Shown here: positions 50,388-62,453 of the stretch, piece after piece
How the letters are laid out: every line of letters begins with the position of its first letter
Numbering within the stretch: the stretch's first letter is position 1
Source: Okamejei kenojei
Taxonomy: Eukaryota
DNA length: 64,000 bases
Reading direction: 5' to 3'
Assembly: GCA_035221665.1 (NCBI GenBank)
Contig: JAVHYY010000217.1
Location: forward strand, 124,001 to 188,000
Translations under genes and position numbers: made by a program
The notes under the pieces: model-generated
The model's input: only the letters and a program-made list of their open reading frames with translations
The model's database searches: none
Told to the model about the DNA's origin: nothing

Positions 50388-52546
50388 CTCCTTGCCTGTC
50401 CCTGCCCGACCCAGCCCGCTGCCGGCGCTGCCCTCTCCTTCACACGCACTCGCTGTATTTTTGCTCCCTCTTCTACCTCTCACCCTCTCTTTCTGTCCCG
50501 ATCTGCCTCTCTCTCCTCCCACACCGTCTCTTCTATTTTTCTCTCACTCCCCCTCTCCTCTCACACTCGCTCTCTCCTGCCCCCGGCGACGCGTCTGTGC
50601 GTGGCGGGCGCCGTTTGGGTGTGGGCGCTGTTGGCCGCCGCTTCAAGAGGCAGGGTGAGGTGGGGATGAGCGGTGAGGGACCGGCGCTGGGATGGGCTTT
50701 ACCCAGATGTGTCACAACAGCCCCCCTCGGTCAGGGATCGGGGCACATCTGTCTCGACAGCTGTGGCCCAATACCTCACCTAACCCCACGGCTATGGGGT
50801 CACATCTAGCCCTTACAAATGTGCTCCAGCACCGCATCTCTGCCAGGGTGTGTGGTCACATCTAGCCTTTACAGGGTTTAGCAGGATGTCGCCAGCAATA
50901 GAGGGTCTGGGCTACAGGGAGAGGTTAAGCAGGCTGGCTCTCTATTCGTTGGAGCACAGGAGGATAAGGGGTGATCTTATAGAGGTATATAAAATCATGG
51001 ATTGGGTAGATGCACAGAGACTTTTTCCCATAGGGGAATCAAGAACCAGAGGACATGGGTGAAGGGGAAAAGATTTAATAGGAATCTGAGGGGTAACTTT
51101 TTCACACAGAGGGTGTTGGGTGTATGGAACAAGCTGTCGGAGGAGGTAGTTGAGGCTGGGACTGTCCCAACGTTTAAGAAACGGTTACATGGATAGGGCA
51201 GGTTTGGAGGGATATGGGCCAAATGCGGGCAGGTGGGACTAGTGTAGCTGAGACATGTTAGTCGGTGTGGGCAAGGTGGGCTGAAGGGCCTGTTTCCATG
51301 CTGTATCACTCTGTGCCCCAACACAACTCCTCCAGTAAATAGGGACACACCTGCCCCTTACCACATGTGTAATGCCCCATCCTTAGGATTTGTGGACATC
51401 TTTAGTTTAGTTTCAAGATACAGCATGGAAACAGGCCCTTTGGCCCACAATGTCCATGCCGCCCAGCATCTCCGCACACTAGCACTATCCTAGGGACAAT
51501 TACAATCATTGCAGAAACCAATTAGCCTAGAAGCCTGTATATCTTTGGATTGTGGGAGGAATCCGGAGCACCCGGAGAAAACCCACATGGTCACGGGGAG
51601 AACGTACAAACTCCATACAGACAGCACACGTAGGTGGGATCGAACCCGGGTCTCTGGCGCTGTGAGGCAGCAAGTCTACCACCGTGCCACCCACCGCTGG
51701 CCCAGTTACTCTGCCACCCCCAGGGATCCAGGGACAGAGCGGGCCTAACTAACACCCTCATCAACTGCCCTGGAGAATCAGACGTACAACACAGTCGCTC
51801 CATCAGTCAGGAGAGGTATTCTTAGGGTGGATGATCAGAGTGCTTGTCCCAGGGTGGAAATGACAGACACCAGAGGGCCACCAGAGGGCGGTGCTTTATG
51901 TGGAGAGAGGGGGAGGTTGAAGACTCATGAAGTAAAGTGGGTGGGTGTCCATGGGAAGTGGAGGGGAGGAATTCGATGTGAACAGCAGGGGGATACAGAC
52001 CCTGTGCAGGTGAATGTACAGTTAAATCAGCCATCTCCGTGTCCTGTGTTGGATTGCTCCATAATTATCCCCCTTGGGCATGTCCTGCGCTGTGGTCACT
52101 TTGGAGCCACAAAAAAAACAGCGTATTACAAGCCTCTGTAAAATACTTTATTAAGCACAACAAATTCATGACTTTATGAAGCATTGAAACTGTGTATCTG
52201 TGTATGAAGCTGTGTATCTGTCTACGCACATGGACCCCTAGCCGAAGCCCCAAACCCCAAAGAACCCGTCACCCCACTCCCCCTGCTCCACGAAACCTCC
52301 ACTCCCCCCATCCCAGAGACCACCCCCCACCCCACTCCCAAAAAACCTCCGCTCCCCCCAGCCTATGCTTTGCCCCTTCCCCCAGTACAAGAAAACACCC
52401 CCCCCCCCCCAGCCATTCTCTCCCACAACCAGGCAACCTCCTTCCTAACCCCCCCTTAAGCACCCCAGGGACCCCCATCCCCAGCCCCAGGGAACCCGTG
52501 TATCACCCCCCCCCCCCCCCCACCCTGCTTGGTCATGTGCGTCTGC

Positions 52547-54319
52547 TCACAGCATCTTGGTTGTGTACTTGATTGCCTCTGACTGTGTGTCGCTGTTGCT
52601 GGGGTTCCTCAGCACCTCCACGCTGCTGTTGCGTTTGATGGGTCCCTGCCACCGGCTCCACACCAGCAGCATGGTGAAACACACGCCCGTCACGCCCAGG
52701 AAACAGACCAAGCCCAGGCTCATCACCACCCACAGAGCCTGGGGCCCAAGGACAGGGCCGGAGCCTGGGCCTGGCCCCGGTGTCGGGCCTGTCCACACCA
52801 GCAGGCGGGTGGGGGCAGAGTGGGCGCCGGCTGCATTGGAAGCGGTGCAGACGTAGACACCGGTGTCCCAGGCCTGGGCTAGACGTACCTGGAGTGAGCC
52901 GTCTGGCAGCACCCGCAGCCGGCCGGCATTCCCAGGGCCCAGCTGGCTGCCGGCGGGGGTGCTCCAGCTCACCGTGGGCCTGGGCTCACCCTGGACCTGG
53001 CACGGCATGCTCACCGTCTGCCCTTCGCCCACCGTCACCGCCCCGGCCTCCGCCCGCACTCTGGGCCTAGTGCAGGCCGACAGCCCAGCCCCCCGGCCTG
53101 GCCCCAGCTCTGCCAACTCCCTGCCCCTCAGATCCCCAGGGCCCGCACACACCATGGGGCCCGGCCCCCACTCCAGCCCCCTGCCCCGGCCCACTGCCCA
53201 CGCCAGCCGGCAGTCACAGGCCAGAGGATTGGACGCCAGGCCCAGCCATGCCAGTCCACTCACCGATGGCAAGGCACCCGCCTCCAGGGTAGCCAACTGG
53301 TTACCCGTCACATCCAGCAGCCTCAGGCTGCCCAGGCCATGCAAGGCCCTGGCATGGATGTGGGAGAGGAGGCATCCCACTAACCGTAGTTCAGCCAGCC
53401 TGGGTAGGTCTGGCAGGGCATCGCCAGCCATGGTGGCCACGGGGTTGTGGGACAGGTCCAGGCTGCGCAGGTAGACCAGGTGCGCCAAGGCCTCAGCTGG
53501 CACACGGCTCAGATTGCAGCGGGTGATGGCCAGGGTGGTCAGGTTGAGGCTTGCCAGGGCATCGCGGTGCAGAGACTCCAGCCTCCGCCAGCTCTCCACC
53601 CGCAGCTCCCTCAGCCTGGCCAGGCCGGGGAAAGAGTCACCGGCCAGTGAGATGGCGCCCAGCCCCGACACCCTCAGCGTTTCCAGTCCGGGCAGGCGGA
53701 AGAGTGCAGCAGACGGCAAGGTGCCCGTCTCGGCCTGGGTCAGGGACAGGTGGCGCAACCCCACCAGCCCCTCAAAGGCCCTGGCACCCACATATACTAG
53801 CTCCTCGCCCAGATCTAAGCTCTCTAGGTTGTCCAGCCCTTGGAACGTGCCGTCCAGCAGGAGAAGCAGAGGGTTGCGGCCGAGGCCCAGAGTGGTGAGG
53901 TTGGCCATGGATGCCAAGGTGCCGGGCCAGACGGTCTTCAGCCTGTTCCCATCTAGATGCAGAATCTGCAGTCGGCCCAGGCTGGACAGGGCCCCGGGCT
54001 CCATGTTGGATAGCAGGTTGTCCCTCAGGTCCAATTCCAGCAGCTCGCTGAGGTTCGCCAAGGCTCCGCGCCCAACTGACGCGATCAGATTCCCGCTGAG
54101 ATCCAGCATCCTAGTCGCCGGGGGCACCCACCCGGGTACAGCGGGCAGCTCTCCGCCTCGGCACGACACTGTCCCGTTCCCCCACCCGCACTCACAGGAG
54201 GGGGGGCAGTCCTGGGAGACCCCGCACGCACACACACACGCCAAGAGAACCAGGGACAGGGCGGGACGCATGACGGGCAGACACAGGGGGCACGGGCGGG
54301 CTGTGCCAGGCAGTAGCAT
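52547..54319 (-). CDS. LINGO4: LRR and Ig domain-containing Nogo receptor-interacting protein, LINGO4-like (single main coding exon, about 590 aa)
   Basis: ORF 52547-54361 with a splice acceptor opening the exon at 54328 and first in-exon ATG at 54319. Signal peptide, LRRNT (CPPSCEC), tandem LRRs, LRRCT (NPLACDCRL), Ig (PCQVQGEPRPTVSW..GVYVCTASNAAG), TM, WSR..KML tail. Paralogue assignment rests on linkage to TDRKH and SEMA4A. Minus-strand AATAAA at 52147-52152. Confidence 0.9.
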   Translation of the reverse strand: MLLPGTARPCPLCLPVMRPALSLVLLACVCACGVSQDCPPSCECGWGNGTVSCRGGELPAVPGWVPPATRMLDLSGNLIASVGRGALANLSELLELDLRDNLLSNMEPGALSSLGRLQILHLDGNRLKTVWPGTLASMANLTTLGLGRNPLLLLLDGTFQGLDNLESLDLGEELVYVGARAFEGLVGLRHLSLTQAETGTLPSAALFRLPGLETLRVSGLGAISLAGDSFPGLARLRELRVESWRRLESLHRDALASLNLTTLAITRCNLSRVPAEALAHLVYLRSLDLSHNPVATMAGDALPDLPRLAELRLVGCLLSHIHARALHGLGSLRLLDVTGNQLATLEAGALPSVSGLAWLGLASNPLACDCRLAWAVGRGRGLEWGPGPMVCAGPGDLRGRELAELGPGRGAGLSACTRPRVRAEAGAVTVGEGQTVSMPCQVQGEPRPTVSWSTPAGSQLGPGNAGRLRVLPDGSLQVRLAQAWDTGVYVCTASNAAGAHSAPTRLLVWTGPTPGPGPGSGPVLGPQALWVVMSLGLVCFLGVTGVCFTMLLVWSRWQGPIKRNSSVEVLRNPSNSDTQSEAIKYTTKML

Positions 54320-56318
54320 CACGGCCTCCTGGAAGCAAAGAGCACAGCATAAAGGGTGCACTCGTCATTCAAATGCCCCTGCCTTAATTCATACCCACTA
54401 ATACCCACTCCTCCCAATCCCCATGTACAGTGTGTGTGTGTGTGTATCTCCAGACAACCTTGTTGCACTCTCCATGTACAATGTGTGTGTGCTGTATCTC
54501 CAGACAACCTGCTCCCATACCCCATGGACACTGTGTGTGGTGCACACACACTCTCCCTGTCACCGATTCTCCCCGCCCATTAACCTTGGAGCTGCCTGAA
54601 ATCAGAGACTCTCCAATGGGAGGTCATGACCGAGTCACCAAATCCCCTGAGCTAGTGCCATTTGCCCCATATCCCTCACAATGTTTCCCATCCATGTACC
54701 TGGCCAAATGCATTTGAAATGTTGTTATGGTACCTGCCTCAACTACCTCCTCTGGCAGCTTGTTCCATATATTCTATACCCACCATCCACTGTGTGTCTC
54801 TTTGGTCACCTTTAACTCTTTCCCCTCTCACCTTCAATCTATTCTCTCCAGTCCCCCCTACACTGGGCAGAAGACTGACCATTCACAGCATCCATGCCCC
54901 AGATGATTTAGTACACCTCTTTCAGATCACTCATCCTCATTAACTCATATTCCCCAGCCTAACAAGTCTTTTAATTTGGGGATACAGGCACGTCAGTCCT
55001 CTGAGTCTGCACGCACCAGCAGTTCCCATTAGACTAGCACACACTACACACTAGGGACAATTTACAAATTTACCAAAGCCAATTAACCTACAAACATGTA
55101 CGTCTTTGGAGTGTGGGAGGAAACCTGAGCACCCAGGGAAAACCCCACACTGTCAGGAGGAGAACGTGCAAACTCCGTACAGACAGCACTCGGAGTCAGG
55201 ATGGAACCGGGTCTGGTGCTGTGAGGCTACACAACGGTGCCGCTCCGAATGAATGTCTGATAACTCGTTGGACTTATAACATGCAGGTACTATCGCAACG
55301 TTTAAGCAACATTTAGCTAGGCACATGGATAGGATATGACTACTGGAGATGGGACATGTTGGTCAGAATGGGCAGGTTGGGTGAAGGGCCTGTTTCTATG
55401 CTGTAATTTATGTTCTCCATTGACATTCTTGTGACTCTTCTCTGTACTCTTTGCAGCTTGATGGCATCCTTCCTATAGCTGGGCGATCAGTACACAAGAT
55501 ACTCCAACACTTTGAACAGTTCTCTCATGATGTCCCATCTCCTGCGCTCAAGGCTCTGACCAATGAAGGTAAGCACACCAAACGCTTCCTCACAACCTGG
55601 GCTACCTGTGCCGTCACTTCCACAGAACCTGTAGCCTGTTCTGGGTCACTGTGTTGTACAACACTCTGCTGTGCCCTGCATATTTACATGTCCTGCCCTG
55701 GTTCAACTTCCCAAAATGCCATACAGCACTCTTGTCCGAGTTAAACGCCATCTGTCATTCCTTAGCCCATTTTCTCACTTGGTCTAGATGTTGCTGTAAT
55801 CCTTGGCAACTTCCTTCACTAATCATTAGCCCATTGGTGTATAAAATCATGGGAGGAATCGATCGCGTAGACATATAGTCTCTTGCCCAGAGTAGCAAAA
55901 TCGAGAACCAGAAAACATAAGTTTAAAGTGAAGGGTAACTTTAGTGTGTATATGGAATAAGCTGCCGGAGGAGGTAGTTGAGGCAGGGACTATTGAAATG
56001 TTAAAGAAACATTTAGATACGTACATGGATAGGACAGGTTTGGAGAGATTATGGGCCAAATGCAGGCAGGTGGGACGTGGGACAAGTGTAGATGGGACAT
56101 GTTGGCTAGTGTGGACAAGTTGGGCTGAAGGGCCTGTTTCCACTCTATGACTCTGCCCTCCTGCCATGCCGCGTCCACCCTTCCCTCACCATTTAATTGT
56201 CTTTAATACCCAGCAGATGTTTCTAATGGCTAGCACGGGCCTGATGGGTTGAATGGCCTGATTCTGAGGATCAGTCAGCTGAGGAAGAGGAATGGGAAAT
56301 CCTCAGTTAGTCCCTCAC

Positions 56319-56713
56319 CTCAGACCAGTGGTAAATCGCACTCTCCCCTCCGCTCCGGCCCCCAACTAACCTGAGAACGCAGAGACCCTTTGGATAACAT
56401 CTCCACCGCAAGAAGTCCGCCCTCAGCCCAGCATTTTCACAGCCGGCTGCAACCGACACGAGGGCTGAAGTCCTTTCAATTTCAGTCCCAAATTTGGATA
56501 GTTCAGGGCCAAGCCGTCGAAGTTTCACAGAATGTGGGAAACTCAGCTGAGAGAAGGAGGTGGGGGGGGGTGTCACCAAAACAGATTGTCTCTCCTAAAC
56601 CGTGCCAAGCTCTCTGTGAGAGCGGACAGGGTCGCAGTGGCTGTGACGACTGGTCCCTTGTCACACTTCAGATCAGCGTGACGCTGCTTAGGGAGAGAGA
56701 GAGAGAGAGAGCG

Positions 56714-56753
<40 letters not shown>

Positions 56754-56850
56754 TCAGAAGACTGTGCCAACAGACTCAAGAGGCCAGGGACCCTCCTCAG
56801 CCAGCACTGCGTTCTCACAGCCAGATTGCCGCTGTTCTCTGGAGTTGGTC
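56319..56850 (-). other. Probable 5' non-coding exon of the LINGO4-like gene, containing a (TC)n microsatellite
   Basis: Strong minus-strand donor (GAG/GTGAGG) at 56318 in unique sequence upstream of the 54328 acceptor; the 5' boundary is a guess. Confidence 0.35.
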
Positions 56851-57931
56851 ACAGTTCATGCCGGCCATGGGATGGGTGGACAGTGGTCACCTCTGTGCTC
56901 GGCCACGACCCCTCCTTCCTTCCTTCCCGTGGGTCATCTGGCAGCTGGAGTCTGCCCTGACAGCTTGAGGCAGCTGCACCCATTTATACACTGGCATCCC
57001 AAGCATCTGACCTCAGGCCCTGTTCCTGGGACACCAACGCAAGGGGGGGGGGGGGGGGGGGGGGGGGGGGGATGTTTACGGGGCAGAGAGCAGGGCCCTC
57101 CCCCAGAGCCTTGAAGTGGGACGTGGGGGAGGGGAGGGAAGTCACAGCCTCAAGCACCAGAGTCTCTTGCCAACATTGCATGCACTGGTCCATGTACTGA
57201 ACTACACTCAGATTCCAGGCTGTGTCTCATAGAGAGAAAACTCACGCATGCACAGCACTCGGAAGCAATGATGGGGGGGGGGGGCAGTGGGGGGAGGGGC
57301 AGAGAGAGGGGAGGTCATTGGAGGGGTGGGGGGACTTTATGCATGATTATAAACGGGGCAACCCTAATGGTGCAGTGAGGGGGGAGGGACAGTGTGGGAA
57401 AAGGGTGGCAGTGGTGGAGGGGCAATGAGACTGGGGCAGGCGGGTGGGGGAAGGGCAGTGGGGGAGCGTCACACGAGTGGGGGAGGGGCGGGGGGGTGAA
57501 GGAGGGGCGTGGTGAGTGGGAATACGCCACACCGGGGTGGTGAGGGGCGGGTGGAGGGGATCTCCACATTGGGGGAGGCGGGGGAGCCGGGGAGGTGAGG
57601 ATCGCCACACCGGGGGGGTTCTGCTGGGGGCGGGGTGAGGGATCTCCACCTTGGGGTTTACTAGTGCTAGGGGCGGGGTGAGGGATCGCCACACTGGGAG
57701 AGAGACACCAGGAACAGCAGATGCTGGAATCTTGAGCACCACACGAAGTACTAACAGGAATTGCTGGGCTAGACAGCATCTGTGAAGAGAATGGGCAGAT
57801 GACACTTTGGGTCAGGATTGAAGAAACATTGGCTGCCCATTCCCTCCATGGATGCTGCATGAGCTGCTGTGTTACTCAGACACTCTGCCTAATTCACAAG
57901 AAAGAATGTCTTTGGATTGGTGTCACAGAGT

Positions 57932-58250
57932 CGGTCACGGTGGCGCAGCGGTAGAGTTGCTGCCTTACAGCGAATGCAGCGCCAGAGACCTGGGTTCCAT
58001 CCCGACTACGGGTGCTGTTTGTACGGAGTTTGCACGTTTTCCCTATGACCTTCGTGGGTTTTCACCAAGATCTTCTGTTTCCTCCCATGCTCCAAAGACG
58101 TGCAGGTATGTAGGTTAATTGGCTAGGCAAATGTAAAACTGTTCCTAGAGTGTGTAGGATAATCTTAATGTGCGGGGACCGTTGGTCAGCGCGGACCAGT
58201 GGACCAAAGGGCCTGTTTCCGTGCTGTATTTCTAAACTATGCTAAACTAA
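57932..58250 (+). mobile_element. HE1/V-SINE-type SINE (full length)
   Basis: GGTCACGGTGGCGCAGCGGTAGAGTTGCTGCC..GGGCCTGTTTCCGTGCTGTATTTCTAAAC. Confidence 0.85.
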
Positions 58251-58415
58251 CAGTCACTCTGCATGGAAACAGGCCCTTTGGCCCAACTCATCCATGATGC
58301 CCCATCTACAGTATGCTTGTGGCTTCTATCTGTGTTGGACCCATATCCCTCTAAAGCTTTCCAAATGTTTTTTGGAAGACTTTTCTTCCAAACTCTTTTG
58401 GAACATTTACTTATT

Positions 58416-59585
58416 ACTAGGCTAAGTGGAACCAGCAGGGTCCCAGCATCACACGGGGGGGGGGGGGGGGGGGTCCCCCAACACAACATTCCACCTCTCC
58501 ACCAATTCCATTGTTGGTGGCCACTAGTATGGGTGTTGTGGGCTGAAGGGACTGGTTTTCAGAGGGCTAGTATGGACATTGTGGGCCGAATGGATTCTTG
58601 GGTTGGCGGTTGACTCACGGCTATTCCTTGAAATTCCATTTCAAGCAGGGTGCAAGGCCACCAAATTCAAGTGCAGTTTCATACCATTTCAAACAGGGTG
58701 CAAGCCCACTAAAAACAGCGAGTCGTGACCTCTCCCTCCTCCATCTTGCAGAGACTGAGCCACGCCCACACATCTGGGTTTTATAGTCCCTCCCCCATCC
58801 CACCAGAAGGAGCATGGCCTTCATGGCGTGATTGACAGGAGAGAGAATCTCAACATTTTTTAAACACTAATAACTCTTTTATTTTTCATCTATGTGAAAC
58901 ATCCTCGGCAGCTGATGAGGACTCTGAGAAAGATGGCCAAAAGTCACAGCCATACGTGGTAGGATTTTTTCTAAAATCAATATAAAGCACAAACAGGAAG
59001 TGGTCAAGATTAGACTTTTAGTTATATAGAAGGCAAGGCAACTTTAATTAGGCAAGGCAACTTTAATTAGGCAAGGCAACTTTAATTACATAACACAGCT
59101 TTAACATTTCCAAACCAAAGGCAACACAGTTTTAGCATTTCCAAACCAAAAGCAACACAGCTTCAGCATTTCCAAACCAAAGGCAACACAGCTTTAGCAT
59201 TTCCAAACTATATTTTCACATTAAGGGCACTGACAAGTCTGTAAAACCACTCACAGTTTAGTAGACATGTGTTCAGTGTTATTCGCAGCTCAGACTGAGA
59301 GACGTGACCCTCTTGCTCCCCCATCTTGCAGAGACTGAGGCACTCACACTTCCGGGTTTATAGTCCCTCTGGAAGGGGCGTGGCCTTCAGGAGAGAGAAT
59401 CTCAACATTTTTTAAACACTAATAACTCATTTTCATCGATGGGAAAAATCCTCTTGTCCTGTGCAGCGAAGGGGGACTCTGAGTAAGATGGCCAAAAATC
59501 ACAGCCGTAAGTGGCAGCGTTTTTTCTAAAATCAATATACAGAACAACAGGAAGTGGTCAAGATAAGACTTTTAGTAATATAGAT
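58416..59585. mobile_element. Non-autonomous Helentron/DINE-like (rolling-circle) element with duplicated terminal block and internal tandem repeats
   Basis: Starts ACTAG..GGAACC..GGGTCCC and ends GACTTTTAGTAATATAGAT. Blocks 58723-59030 and 59302-59585 are direct copies; 19-bp x3 and about 33-bp x4 repeats at 59030-59205. Classification is inference. Confidence 0.5.
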
Positions 59586-59619
59586 ATATATTTATAGTAC
59601 GTGCTTCAACAACCATTTG

Positions 59620-60135
59620 TACACTGACCTTTCTGTCCTGGGCCTCCTCCACTGTCAGAGTGAGGCCAAACACAAATTGGAGGAACAGCATCTTACATTT
59701 CACTTGGGCAGCTTACAAACGTAGACACAAAATGCTGGGGTAACTCAGCGGGTCAGGCAGCATGTCTGGAGAGAAGGAATGGGTGACGTTTCTTCAGATC
59801 CAGCGGCATGATCATTGATTTCTCTATCTCCAAGTAACCCTTGCATCCCCTCTATCTCCGTCTCTCCTCCACCCGAGTCATCATATTAGTTTCAGTGTTT
59901 GTATCACTCATTATCACTATCCCTACTGCCAACAATGGACTCTTGTGGGCTCCTCCTTGATCATTGTTGCTGGCTTTGATTTGTTTTTTTGCATATCTTT
60001 CATTCGTTTGTTCTATTGTATCTCATTTCTCCCTCCACCTGACTCTCTGTCTGAAGAAGGGTCTCGACCTTAAACGTGACCGATACCTTTTCTCCAGAGA
60101 TGCTGCCTGACCCGCTGAGTTACTACAGCTTTTTG
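59620..60135 (+). mobile_element. Penelope-like element 3' end (endonuclease C-terminus plus terminal repeat with hammerhead-like core)
   Basis: Homologous to 11100-11705 (CTGACCTTTCTGTCCTGG..CAGAGTGAGGCC..GGAGGAACAGCA), ending in CTGAAGAAGGGTCTCGACC..AAACG. Related 3' ends at 28500-28750 (-), 37830-38080 (+) and 44745-45040 (+). Confidence 0.75.
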
Positions 60136-62453
60136 TATCTGCCTTCTATTATTGTATTGCCGTTTGGCGTAAACTACTTCCTCATCACTCTCCTGTGGCA
60201 GCAGGTTCCATGCACCCACCACTGACGTAGAGACCCCCAGGTCCCACCGAGACGGCCTGAGTGTGCCCCTGTTGGGCTGTACTCTGTCCACACCGGACGG
60301 TATAAGCTGCCAGCCACTAATTCCCTGGATAAGGTTGCGGCTGTGTGAAGGTAAATCCCTAATCTTCTTTTCTGTGTGATGCAGAGCCGGTCTCCCTGAG
60401 GGTTTGGGGGCTGGGAGCGTACGTGCCAGCCCTGTGGTCAGGAGGATCTCTGCTCGCTGTGGACGGGCCGGCCCACACCATATCCCGCAGTCCAGGTGAG
60501 ACGTGGCTCCTTCCTGCCTCCCCCTCCACTCAGCTGCTCCAACACAGGCCAGGGCCTCGCCCTGTCTGGTCTCGCACACTGTACAGCCCAGACGATCGCC
60601 ACAGAGCAGAGCGACGCACGAGTGCAGGTACATCGTTCCCTGGTAGGTAGAGAGGGTGGTAGACTTTACACTCCAGAGATATTGTGTGGAAACAGGCCCT
60701 TCAGCCCACCAAATCCGTGCTGACCAGCGATCACCCCGTACACTGGCATTATCCGACAAACCAGGGACAATTTACAATTTACAGATGCCAATTAACCTAC
60801 AAACCTGTACATCTTTGATGTGGGAGGAAATGGGATCACGCTGTGTGTGTCTGTGTCTGTGTCTCTGTCTGTGTGTGTGTGCGGTTGTGTGTCTGTCAGT
60901 CTGTGTATATCTGTTTGTTTGTGTGTGTGAGAAAGTGTGAGTCTTTATATATGTGTGTGCACAGACTGTAACTGCTCACAAACCACATCTCCTTATGCAT
61001 TCAGCACTTAGTTCCTGTTTTCTCGACTCTAAGACTGTCTCACCAGTCTCACCACTTCCAGGAACTTGCCCCATCCTTTGTAACCATCTCCCTGTCCAAA
61101 CCACAAAGCGACCTAACAGGGAGACACTTTTTATCCCTGCTTCCCTCCCCACCCCGTCCCCACCCATACTCCACCCTCCAGCTTTACATGTCATCTCTCC
61201 TTATCTCTTACCTGACATCTTTTGCCTCCATTTCACCTACAGTGTTTGTCACCATCTCCACCCATCTGTCAATCAACCCCCTCACCTCTATCCACCTGTG
61301 ACTTGTAAGGCTTTGTCCCACCCCACCCCTCTTTTCCAGCTTTCTCTCCCCCCCCCCCCCCCCCCCCCCCCGGACTCCATCAGTCCTGTAGAAGTGTCCC
61401 AACATTAGGGGCGGCATGGTGGCATCACATCGTCAGAGACCTGGGTTTCATCCTGACTACGGGTGCTGTCTGTATGGAGTCTGTACGTTCTCCCTGTGAC
61501 CACATGGGTTTTCTCCGGGTGCTTTGGTTTCCTCCCACACTCGAAAGGCCTACAGGTTTGTAGGTTAATGGGCTTCAGTAAAGATTGTAAATTGTTCTTG
61601 TGTATAGAATAGTGTTACTGTACCAGGTGATCACTGGTCTGCGTGGACTCAGTGGGCCGAAGGGCGTGTTTCAGCAGTGTATCTCCAAGTCTAAAGGTCT
61701 AACCTGAAACAATGTCTGCCTATTTGCCTCCTCGGATGCTGCCTGCCTTATTGAGTTCCTCCAGCACTTTGTGTTTTGCTCAAGATTGCAGCACCCTGTC
61801 ACACACAGACAGGTTGGATGACAGCTGAGGCCAGGTTGCTGTAAGGCTGTACTGCTGGTCAGTACAGGGCTGGAGTGGAACAGTTACTGGTCCTGACACC
61901 CTGAATGTGTAGGAGGATACAAGACTGCCTCCAACTCAACAATCTGCCCTGCACCAGTGCCTGTCTCTCTACGGGGCTTCACTCTGTCTCCATCCGTTAG
62001 TGTGACCCTTCCTCAATTCAGTCTCTGCTGCCCACAATCTGTGATTGAAGAACTGTGTGCAGCGAGTTTTAAACAATCCATTTTTATTTAGAGCCTTTAA
62101 TCTGTATCTCACCTGCACAGTGTCTGATCCCGGGAATGTGTCAGTGCAGTGAGAGCTTCACTGTATCTGACCCTGGGGCAGTGTGTGAAGGGATGATGTC
62201 TGTCGAGATGTGGGTTGGTGTTGACACAAAGTGTTTAATTTTTCCGGTTTCTCCCTGAGCATATTTCCAAGAAACGGGGACAGAACTTGTTAAAGGGTGA
62301 ACAATGTTGAAAACAAAATGGTTTTGCAGGTTGATTTGTCCAATGAGTGAGCAGAGGAAGTTGCCTCAGTGGGGCTGCGGTCAGTGCATGAGCTGCGAGT
62401 GAGTCGGCAGACGGAGAGCTACTCTTGTTAGTGGCAGCTCTGCACCCAGCGCC

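Noticed and set aside
48825-50522. 565-aa and other long Gly/Cys/Val- or Pro/His/Thr-rich ORFs
   Set aside because: Intronic minisatellite read-through; only 50288-50387 and 48920-49059 are exons.
52863-54401. Plus-strand ORFs of 203 and 295 aa antisense to the LINGO4-like gene
   Set aside because: Expected shadow ORFs of a GC-rich coding exon.
57932-58015. tRNA-like sequences with A and B boxes
   Set aside because: These are SINE heads continuous with SINE bodies, not tRNA genes.
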